Assembly (NCBI RefSeq): GCF_006345805.1
Contig: NW_021837004.1
Span: 1-22,135 of the forward strand
Source of the DNA: Octopus sinensis
Lineage: Eukaryota
Reading direction: 5' to 3'
DNA length: 22,135 nt
The translations under genes were made by a program, and so were the position numbers. Below are positions 1 through 9,830 of this stretch, piece after piece. A model generated the notes under the pieces. The model was not told where the DNA came from and ran no database searches. It saw nothing but the letters and a program-made list of their open reading frames with translations. Every line of letters begins with the position of its first letter. Position 1 is the first letter of the stretch.

Positions 1-740
1 TAATCAGTATACAGTGAAAACTTATAATTCTATTTACACTTGCGTATTACCTTTGGCAATGCCGTTCTATAATGCTAATCATATCCATAAATATTATAGC
101 TTTTCAAACTATATATTTAAAATAAATATCGCTGCTTATACGCCAACTGAACATTCCTTAAACAAATCTAATAATGCAAGCTGATGAAATCAAATAGATT
201 GTTCCCTTGTAGAAATTGTCCACAGCTTACTGGCTAAATAAAACTTGACTTCTGCGTAACTGAAAGTAATTAATATACGCTTACTTTGCAGGGTGTCGCC
301 ACAATCAGTGAACCTATGAGATAGGAATTACCTCTTATCTTTCCGTTTTTACGTTTATGAATTTATGTTGCAAGATTCCTGATGTGAAGTCGTGTGTTGA
401 AACAGATATTGTTATATTTCGGGATGGTCATTTTTTTTTGGTTCTGGGAATGGAATAAGCAGAGCAAGAGCACACACGAAGACGGAAAGTGTCGCTGAGG
501 AGGTCACAGATGTATGACGAAGGATTGGACAATGGACAAGAGTTAGAATAATAAACGAGTGAAGAACGAATATATAATGCATGTTTATTTCGCAAAAAAA
601 ATAAAGAAAAAGAAAAATGACCGTGTCGAAACACAACACTATTTCCCTTTGTTGTATTCTAATTAATAATGTTTGGTCAACAATTTCTCATGCGTCTGGT
701 CACTCCTTCTATTGTCTACTTTCTATGACAACCTAACTGA

Positions 741-959
741 AATACCTATTTCTTTACTACCCCAAGGGGCTAAACATAGAAGGGACAAACAAGGACAGAC
801 AACCGATTAAGTTGATTATATAGACCCCAGTGCGTAACTGGTACTTAATTTATCGACCTCGAAAGGATGAAAGCAAAGTCGACCTCGGCGGAATTTGAAC
901 TCAGAACGTAACGGCAGACGAAATACGGCTGCGCATTTAGCCCGGCGTGCTAACGTTCC
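741..959 (-). mobile_element. tRNA-derived SINE, family B, slightly 5'-truncated
   Basis: Near-identical to the copy at 3121-3351 (cctatttctttactac...gtcgacctcggcggaatttgaactcagaacg...cccggcgtgctaac). B-box-like gagttcaaattcc on the minus strand. Confidence 0.9.
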
Positions 960-1667
960 ACCCTCCTTCCATTTATGAAATGTGGTTTTCTTGATGTTAT
1001 TTTATACAACGCTGAAGTTCTCCCTTGGAATTCCAGATGACCAAACACCAGTGGATTTGCTGGATTGCCTACCCGTTGGTTTTGTTTTTTACCGTGTTAT
1101 CATTATATGGTGCGTTTCATTTTGGTATGCCCCGATTTAATTTTGATTGTTCTCCTTAATATATACATACCTACGCACATACACGCGCACGCACGAAGCC
1201 CGGACAACCGTTACCCCAGGACAAAGTCCTTCCTCTGGGCTATGTGAACGAGAGGAAGACCAAAGAGAAATTCTGAATGGCTTAGAGCACAGCATAAAGG
1301 TTGTTAGTAAAATGTACTTTAAATGAATCTCAACACTTAATAAGGCTTTTGATATGTTTGTTTTCATTTTTCAAAGATACATTATGATGCTCTTTTTATT
1401 ATACTCACTTTTGTAATTGGGGTTATTATATAATTAATGTGATATCTTAAATCTTAGAGAAGTGTTCATGAACTACAAATAATAAGAATAAAAGTTGATT
1501 TCAAAAGTACTTAATTTTTTTTTGTCTTCAGGGAGTTTTGTTCTCGGATTTCTTTCCAGCGATTTTGTCCTACCCGCCACACAAACACGCAAATACAATC
1601 AATGGGGATGAGTTCTCAACACCGCATTGGTGGATAAATATTCTTTATTTGTGGTTTAACAAGGCTA

Positions 1668-1872
1668 CCAATGGTTTCATGCTGAGAGAAATGCCTGTCA
1701 CGTGGAACATTAGAACGAGTATGCATAATCATTATATTTGTTTATTTATCCTCAAGTCCCGTACAGTCTCGTGTAATCTCCTGTATTTTCATTCAGAACG
1801 GAAACGAGTACAAACCTCTCATGTGACAGGCTTGATAATTGTGAGAGATTTCTCTCAACAAGAAACCAATGG
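1668..1872. repeat. Imperfect inverted repeat (fold-back/MITE-like remnant)
   Basis: 1668-1692 matches the reverse complement of 1848-1872 at 22/25. 1693-1704 (gcctgtcacgtg) matches the reverse complement of 1820-1831 (catgtgacaggc) at 11/12. Confidence 0.55.
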
Positions 1873-1914
1873 ATGTATAAAACCAACGGATATTATAAAA
1901 GTAAAAAAGAATAT

Positions 1915-2095
1915 ACACACGCATCCACGCACACACATAACATATATATGATTGTGCGTTTGTGTATGTATGATATAAATATAAATATATATATATATAT
2001 AAATATATATATATATTACACATGCATGAATACATACATACATACATACATACATACATACATACATACATACATACACACATACTTGCGTGCAT
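1915..2095. repeat. Compound microsatellite (CA)n/(TA)n/(TACA)n
   Basis: Direct inspection; the source of several low-complexity ORFs. Confidence 0.95.
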
Positions 2096-2289
2096 GCGAA
2101 CGTACAACTTGCCATTTACGTTCATAAGAAAAACATACTTGAACTCTGATAAGAAACGAAAATGACGCGATGCATTTTTGAAAATATATCTTTAAAATAA
2201 TGTGTATTTTAATGAAAAATATATCTCGTATAGAATGAATAGTTTTAAAACTGGATGAAATATTGACTTTGTATTTTTCTTTTTATTAT

Positions 2290-2530
2290 TTTACCTCTTT
2301 CCTTTATTGGACTGAGGCCATTCCAGAACAGAAGCTTGAAAAGTTTTTCGTCGAGAAATCGACCCTTGTTCTTATATTTTTATGGTCTGATATTTATTCT
2401 TTTGGTCGCTCTTCTTGCTGAGACACTGAGTTATGGGAACGGAAATAAACCAGTACTGGCCGCCTGCCAATCGCACACACACACACATTGAGAGAAAGAG
2501 TACGTAAAGACAAATAGACAGACAGACACT

Positions 2531-2572
<42 letters not shown>

Positions 2573-2896
2573 AACTGACTGATAGACGGACAGATAAACT
2601 GATTGCCAGGTAGATACGTTATTATACATGCACATGACACACACAAATACATAGGGATATGTATATATATATACATGTGTGCATGCATATATGTATGTAT
2701 TAGATATATATGTATCTGTATGTTTCCACATGTATATGTATGGATGGACGGATGGATGGAAGTGATTATGTGTGTATCTATGTATTATACGAGCATGTGC
2801 GTTTGTGTATGTGTGTGTTTATATATATATATATATATATATATAAACACACACACACACAACATATATATATATATATATATATAAACGCGCGCA

Positions 2897-2936
<40 letters not shown>

Positions 2937-3010
2937 CACACACACAGAGTTTACCCATAGTTTCCGTGCAACCGAATTGTCTAGGGAGAACTGGTAGATG
3001 AAAGAAACTT
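2290..3010 (-). mobile_element. Old, decayed family-A SINE with an expanded internal compound microsatellite ((GACA)n, (TA)n, (CA)n)
   Basis: 2305-2470 aligns by eye to the reverse complement of the family-A tail (gactgaggccatt...gtcgagaaatcgaccc...tttattctttggtc...gagttatgggaacg). About 2950-3010 weakly resembles the head half (agtttccgtg). Boundaries are approximate. Confidence 0.6.
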
Positions 3011-3120
3011 ATAGTTGTAGAAAGTATTCATTTTAATATAAGATAAAGAAAAAGATTAGGTTGATGTTTGTTAGAGTAATTGTAACCCTATAGGCGTTAA
3101 TGTTTTCTGGGTGAATTAAA

Positions 3121-3351
3121 CCTATTTCTTTACTACCCACAAGGGGCTAAACACAGAGAGGACAAACAAGGACAGACAAACGGATTGAGTCGATTACATC
3201 GACCCCAGTGATTAACTGGTACTTATGTAATCGACCCCGAAAGGATGAGAGGCAAAGTCGACCACGGCGGAATCTGAACTCAGAACAAAACGGCAGACGA
3301 AATACGGCTAAGCAATTCGCCCGGCGTGCTAACCACTCTGCCAGCTCGCCG
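3121..3351 (-). mobile_element. Full-length family-B tRNA-derived SINE with an 18-bp TSD
   Basis: The head reads cggcgagctggcag on the minus strand. Flanked by ttttctgg(g/a)tgaattaaa at 3103-3120 and 3354-3371 (1 mismatch). Confidence 0.93.
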
Positions 3352-3539
3352 TCTTTTCTGGATGAATTAAACCACTAATACAGGGAACAATAAATTAAAG
3401 AATTCGATGTAGAAATATTAAAGAAATGGTAAATTGGAAATCTAAGATCGTATTCCGAAGAATAATGCAAAGAGTGAAATAATGTCAATCAGTTTCAAAT
3501 GTAATTATAAAATGGTAATTTTCGGTAAATTATCTTAAT

Positions 3540-3978
3540 GTCGAGTTAATGGTGGGTAATATGTATGTCTTGGGGTATTATTGGATGTAATGTAGTTATC
3601 CGAGGGTGGTCTCGGGTTATATGTGTGTACATAAGCAGTAAAAACAAAAATAGAATAAGTTTTCTTCTAATGAATAGTGAATTATTGCGGTTCGCCTTAA
3701 CTAATAAATGCTTATTTATAAGAAGGTCATAAATCTTTTGAAATGTGGTCGGCGGTTGTATGTTAATGGGGAATATGAAAAAAAAAAAAAATGAAAAATA
3801 GATAAGGGTAAGTGTTGCAGAGGGTGTGCCCTGTTAATTTCAGCGGGTTCAGAGGGAGTTAAATTAATGTCAGATTTAGCATATTGTATGTATATCAGAG
3901 AAGGGATTTGTTAGTAAAATTAAGGTTAACATAAATTATTGTTTAAGTGAAGGTTTTGGATGTTAAAGTGAATTTAAT
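3540..3978 (-). pseudogene. Decayed Penelope-like retroelement reverse-transcriptase C-terminal/thumb fragment
   Basis: Manual minus-strand translation with many stops: IKFT...IIYVNL..TNK...Y........*LPLN......HTLCNTYP, then after an A/T run DHISKDL*PSYK*AFIS*GEPQ...AYVHTYNPR. Order and spacing match recalled PLE motifs IKFT / FLDV / YLxFxSxHPxHTxxNIP / FxxRGYP / IPxVxTYNP. Confidence 0.6.
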
Positions 3979-3982
3979 GCGC

Positions 3983-4006
3983 GCGAGCTGGCAGTATCGT
4001 TAGCAC
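3983..4006 (+). mobile_element. Short 5' fragment of a family-B SINE
   Basis: gcgagctggcagtatcgttagcac matches the family-B head seen at 3121-3351 and 15111-15326. Confidence 0.6.
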
Positions 4007-4086
4007 TTGTGCCAAAAATTTGAAATCAATGACTAGAGCGTGTAGGCTGGCTTAGGAGGAAGAACATGAACAATAAATAAATAAAT

Positions 4087-4250
4087 AGGCGTATGAGTGG
4101 CTGTGTGGTAAGTAGTTTGCTTACCAGCCATATGGTTCCGGGTTCAGTCCCACTGCATGGCACCTTGAGCAAGTGTCTTCTACTATAGCCACGGGCCGAC
4201 CAATGCCTTGTGAGTTGATTTGGTAGACGGAAACTGAAAGAAGCCTGTCG

Positions 4251-4320
<70 letters not shown>

Positions 4321-4533
4321 GTGTGTGTGTATGTGTATGTGTGTGTCGCTTGTCAACCGATGGTGGCCAGTTTACGTCACCGTAACTTAGCGACTCGGCA
4401 AAAGAGACCGATAGAATAAGTATATTAGGCTTACAAAGAATAAGTCCTAAGGTCAATTTGTTCGACTAAAGGCGGTGCTCCAGCATGGCCACAGTCAAAT
4501 GATTGAAACAAGTAAAACACTAAAGAAAGAGAG
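4087..4533 (+). mobile_element. Full-length family-A tRNA-derived SINE with an internal (TA)n(TG)n tract
   Basis: Collinear with 12628-13080: head (agtggctgtgtggt...ggttcagtcccactg), internal microsatellite, tail (taaaggcggtgctccagcatggcc...gaaacaagtaaaa). Possible low-complexity TSD taaataaataaa. Confidence 0.92.
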
Positions 4534-4951
4534 TAAATAAATAAAATGAAATCAGGAGATACGGAAATGTAGAATTAACTTTTTTAACCGTTTGCCTGTC
4601 CTGCGTATCACATGGGATATACGGGGCATGTTTTCTTGGTATCCATGAATCATATTTGACGCACTTCTCATCATTTTTTTTTTCGACCATTAGAATAACA
4701 TGGGGCTTATGAAAGGAAAGGTTTATATAACAAAGAGCGTATAAACCAAGGGCTAATTAAAAGTCTTAAAATAAGCAAGAGCGTTTAGAACAAACCTATG
4801 AAAATTCATTGGACAGGTAAACAGCAAAAAAGAAACAAAAAGACGCAAACTGGAAAATAAGCAGCTGGATACATTACAAATGGATAAAATACAGTAAGGT
4901 CCTGGATGAAAAACGCTTGATTAGAAGCCCGAAGGATTAGAACTGACCTGG

Positions 4952-7378
4952 GGATCCTTTCGGTTTGAACGGCAGTTTTTTCTAGTGGTGTCATATGAAA
5001 TTGTCACCCATAATTATGACCCTAGCATTTCAATCTGTTTTAGGGTTAGGGTTAGGGTTAGGGTTAGGGGTGGGGAAAGGGTGTCTTTTTTTCTTCACAA
5101 ATGTAAATAAACCCAATCTGTTTCTTAAACGAGGGACATATTCATACGGCACAGAATGTTGTTTACCTCAATGGACGTCAGTGATTGGTTGAAATTGCAG
5201 AAATTAACAACAAATATCTTACAAACTATAGAATTTTCTCAATAAAGCCAAGAGAAAAAGATGTTTTATAAACACATTCTACCAGTATACGAAGTTTAAA
5301 AGTGTTTAGGTACCTAGAAATTATGTTAAAAACTGCCGTTCAAACCGAAAAGACCCAAATATCTTACAAACTATAGAATTTTCTCAATAAAGCCAAGAGA
5401 AAAAGATGTTTTATAAACACATTCTACCAGTATACGAAGTTTAAAAGTGTTTAGGTACCTACAAATTATTTTTAAAAATGCCGTTCAAACCGAAAAGACC
5501 AAAATTCTTACAAACTATAGAACTTTCTCAATAAAGCCAAGAGAAAAAGATGTTTTATAAACACATTCTACCAGTATACGAAGTTTAAAAGTGTTTGGTA
5601 CCTAGAAATTATTTTTAAAAATGCCGTTCAAACCGAAAACCCAAATATCTTCAACAAACTATAGAACTTTCTCAATAAAGCCAAGAGAAAAAGATGTTTT
5701 ATAAACACATTCTACCAGTATACGAAGTTTAAAAAAGTGTTTAGGTACCTAGAAATTATTTTTAAAAATGCCGTTCAAACCGAAAAGACCCAATATCTTA
5801 CTAACTATAGAATTTTCTCAATAAAGCCAAGAGAAAAAATGTTTTATAAACCCATTCTACCAGTATACGAGTTTAAAAGTGTTTAGGTACCTAGAAATTA
5901 TTTTTAAAAATGCCGTTCAAACCGAAAAGACCAAAATATCTCAAACTATAGAACTTTCTGAATAAAGCCAAGAGAAACAGAATGTTTTATAAACACATTC
6001 TACCAGTATACGAAGTTTAAAAGTGTTTAGGTACCTAGAAATTATTTTTAAAAATGCCGTTCAACCGAAAAGACCCAAATATCTTACAAACTATAGAACT
6101 TTCTCAATAAAGCCAAGAGAAAAAGATGTTTTATAAACACATTCTACCAGTATACGAGTTTTAAAAAGTGTTTAGGTACCTAGAAATTATTTTTAAAATG
6201 CCTTTCAAACCGAAAAGACCCAAATATCTTACTAACTATAGAATTTTCTCAATAAAGCCAAGAGAAAAAGATGTTTTATAAACACATTCTACCAGTATAC
6301 GAAGTTTAAAAGTGTTTAGGTACCTAGAAATATTTTTAAAAATGCCGTTCAAACCGAAAAGACCCAAATATCTTACTAACTATAGAATTTTCTCAATAAA
6401 GCCAAGAGAAAAAGATGTTTTATAAAACACATCTACCAGTATAAAAAGTTTAAAAGTGTTTAGGTACCTAGAAATTATTTTTAAAAATGCCGTTCAAACC
6501 GAAAAGACCCAAATATCTTACTAACTATAGAATTTTCTCAATAAAGCCAAGAGAAAAAGATGTTTTATAAACACATTCTACCAGTATACGAAGTTTAAAA
6601 GTGTTTAGGTACCTAGAAATTATTTTTAAAACTGCCGTTCAAACCGAAAAGACCCAAATATCTTACAAACTATAGAACTTTCTCAATAAAGCCAAGAGAA
6701 AAAGATGTTTTATAAACACATTCTACCAGTATACGAAGTTTAAAAGTGTTTAGGTACCTAGAAATTATTTTTAAAAATACCGTTCAAACCGAAAAGACCC
6801 AAATATCTTACTAACTATAGAATTTTCTCAATAAAGCCAAGAGAAAAAGATGTTTTATAAACACATTCTACCAGTATACGAAGTTTAAAAGTGTTTAGGT
6901 ACCTAGAAATTATTTTTAAAACTGCCGTTCAAACCGAAAAGACCCAAATATCTTACAAACTATAGAACTTTCTCAATAAAGCCAAGAGAAAAAGATGTTT
7001 TATAAACACATTCTACCAGTACGAAAAGTTTAAAAGTGTTTAGGTACCTAGAAATTTTTTAAAAATGCCGTTCAAACCGAAAAGACCCAAATATCTTACT
7101 AACTATAGAATTTTCTCAATAAAGCCAAGAGAAAAAGATGTTTTATAAACACATTCTACCAGTATACGAAGTTTAAAAGTGTTTAGGTACCTAGAAATTA
7201 TTTTTAAAACTGCCGTTCAAACCGAAAAGACCCAAATATCTTACAAACTATAGAACTTTCTCAATAAAGCCAAGAGAAAAAGATGTTTTATAAACACATT
7301 CTACCAGTATACGAAGTTTAAAAGTGTTTAGGTACCTAGAAATTATTTTTAAAACTGCCGTTCAAACCGAAAAGATCC
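4952..7378. mobile_element. Non-autonomous TIR DNA transposon (MITE-like, about 405 bp in single-unit form) with a tandemly amplified right end
   Basis: Left TIR 4952-4979 (ggatcctttcggtttgaacggcagtttt) matches the reverse complement of 7351-7378 at 27/28. Direct repeat ctgacctgg at 4943-4951 and 7379-7387 (a 9-bp TSD, or 7 bp tgacctg if the TIRs start with GGG). No transposase ORF. Confidence 0.88.
5040..5069 (+). repeat. Interstitial telomeric-type repeat (TTAGGG)5 inside the TIR element
   Basis: Five perfect TTAGGG copies followed by gtggggaaaggg. Confidence 0.95.
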
Positions 7379-7379
7379 C
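5211..7379. repeat. Tandem array of 15 units of about 145 bp (142-147 bp)
   Basis: One GGTACC per unit, at 5309, 5454, 5597, 5744, 5886, 6030, 6175, 6319, 6463, 6608, 6753, 6898, 7043, 7186 and 7331. Each unit ends in a copy of the right TIR. Confidence 0.97.
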
Positions 7380-7627
7380 TGACCTGGGGTTAAGCATCTC
7401 AGTTAACGACACTAACAAATCAAACAAAACGCTGTACTTCATTATGATGCTTCTTAACTGCTATTTCGCCTACCTCTGGGTTCTGAACTAAAGAGAGAGT
7501 GCAGTGTCTAATTCGGTTGAGTTGTTGATTAGTGATATTAAAAATTAATCGTTTATATCCCGACACTGCTTTGTATCCGTGTAAAAAGCTAGTTTGACAT
7601 TTCGTTCTATTATTATTGAAGGCAGTA

Positions 7628-7806
7628 AGGCAGCGATCCTGCAGATTTGCTCCGTCTTTACATTCTGAGTTCAAATTTCGACTTTGCCGACTTTGCCTTT
7701 CATCCTTTCAGAGTTGATAAATTAAGTACCAATGAAAGACTAGGGTCGGTGAAATCGACTGGTCACCTCCCCACAAATTTCGGCCCTTGTGGCCAATAAA
7801 GAAAGG

Positions 7807-7842
<36 letters not shown>
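7628..7842 (+). mobile_element. Diverged family-B SINE with a (TAT)n tail
   Basis: ttctgagttcaaat...gactttgcctttcatcctttc...gataaattaagtacca...cccttgtgg..aataaagaaaggg, then (tat)n. Confidence 0.85.
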
Positions 7843-8047
7843 GTTGTTGTATTTTAAAAAAAGGATTGACGTAACTCTTCACAAAGGTAAACAATCAAGA
7901 CGAAGAGCACGATTCGATTGTAAGATTTTTTATTGGTTGAACGATATTTCAACAGTACGTCTGTCTTTGTCAAGTTCAAAATAAGAAGTGAATTTTTATC
8001 ACTTCTTGTGTGTGTATATATATATACATATATATGCGTATATGTAT

Positions 8048-8082
<35 letters not shown>

Positions 8083-8110
8083 CATTTATATATACATCTA
8101 CATCCTCTAC

Positions 8111-8410
8111 ATCACGTGACCGACCAGACCATCAGATGTTTTACACATCGCTGGTCACAATGCGCTTCGCATTGTTTTAGCCTTCGAATGACGCCACCGA
8201 GCTGGCTAAGCGAGCAGGCCAACAGAAGAAAGAGAGAGAGAGAGAAAGAGTGGTGAAAGAGTACAGCAGGGATCACCACCCTCTGCCAGAGCCTCGTGGA
8301 GCTTTTAGGTGTTTTCGCTCAATAAACATCACAACGCCCGGTCTGGGAATCGAAACCGCGATCCTTCGACCGCGAGTCCGCTGCCCTAACCACTAGGCCA
8401 TTGCGCCTCC
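8111..8410 (-). mobile_element. Full-length family-C tRNA-derived SINE
   Basis: Highly similar to 18868-19174. Minus-strand head ggaggcgcaatggcctagtggttagggcagcggactcgcgg...gtttcgattccc has A- and B-box-like motifs. Confidence 0.92.
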
Positions 8411-8420
8411 ACATTTATTT

Positions 8421-8665
<245 letters not shown>

Positions 8666-9500
8666 ACACAATGTGATTTTCTTTTCAGTCGTGTGTGTGG
8701 CTGTAACTAACGTATGAAACACGGCATTCAACATCCAGCTGCTAATGGTTTTTGTCTCTTACACACGGAAGCGATCCGTCCAGTATGTTCACGTATTTGC
8801 CTTAAATTTCATAGATCAACACATCCCTAAATATATCTGCAACGGACATTCGAAGTTAGCTAAAGTAATCAGTTTAGCTGAATAGGAATTACCAAAAGAG
8901 AAATTATCGACAACTCGACTCCTTTCAAATTGCTTTGCCAGAATTTCGGTCGTTATTTAATCTATTAATAGCAAATCAGAAAGACTAAAATCTCAATTCC
9001 TCATATCTCATTTAAAAATTTCCTCTTCACTACCAGAGTATGATAATTCATTCTGATCGTTCGCTTCTTCTTTTCACTTGTCCTTCGTTCGTAGTAATTC
9101 ATTTATTCATTCGTTAATAGAAAACAAATTTAGCCTGTGCTGCTTTCTTTAACAAAACGTGAATTGTTTACTACATATCTTTTCTGTATGCCATGTTGTT
9201 TGAAGGATACTTCCGGTCAGAGGGTAGAGACATTTTTCACATCCAAAGCGCTCATGTTATCTCTCACTTCAAATAATTCTTCTTTTCTTTTTGTTTTCTT
9301 TCTTTCTTTAACACCCACCGCCCTCGAAATCTCCATCTCTAACTGCAAAATTCATTTGAACAACAAAAAGGATATGTTGACTTCAGTCATCTAACATTTA
9401 CAAATAGAACACGGGTATAGAAATATATAGTCCATAACACACACACACACAGAGCAAAATACGGATACATAGGATGACATACAGAAACTTAAGTTGGGAT

Positions 9501-9504
<4 letters not shown>

Positions 9505-9545
<41 letters not shown>
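9505..9545. repeat. (GA)n microsatellite
   Basis: Direct inspection. Confidence 0.95.
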
Positions 9546-9549
<4 letters not shown>

Positions 9550-9830
9550 AGGACAGAGAGGGAGAGATGTAGGAAAGAGAGTAAAGAAAGAAGGGTATAT
9601 GTGTAGGAGAGTGTTTGTGTGTATGTGTGCGTGCATGTGACCGACCACACTGAAACACACACATATATGATACCAGATATTTTGAAAAATCCTTCCGCAC
9701 GCAGTATGGATGTGCTCAACACCTCCGGTAATTCTTCGGAAGCAAACTGTTGCTAACGACAATTGTCTCAGCAATGTAAACTTCATTAGAAAATCAGCCA
9801 TCTGTGACCACCACTCGACAATGAAGACAA

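Noticed and set aside
1330-1360. NKAFD peptide resembling an RT motif
   Set aside because: An isolated 5-residue match with no other RT motifs in frame.
3400-3980. Mitochondrial insertion (NUMT), suggested by the G/T skew
   Set aside because: No recognisable mitochondrial gene or rRNA; Penelope-like motifs explain the region better.
5040-5069. True chromosome end or healed telomere
   Set aside because: Only five repeats, embedded inside a TIR element with a TSD on both sides.
4995-5192. 65-aa ORF inside the MITE (GLGLGLGLG)
   Set aside because: It is produced by the TTAGGG tract and has no transposase features.
5211-7379. CRISPR-like array
   Set aside because: Units are full-length near-identical repeats with no unique spacers, there are no cas genes, and the context is eukaryotic.
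9171-9217. Minus-strand promoter: ETS site accggaagt followed by caaacaacATGgc
   Set aside because: The ORF is only 7 codons with no convincing donor site. Another ETS match at 19986-19995 also lacks supporting context, and single short motifs are expected by chance.
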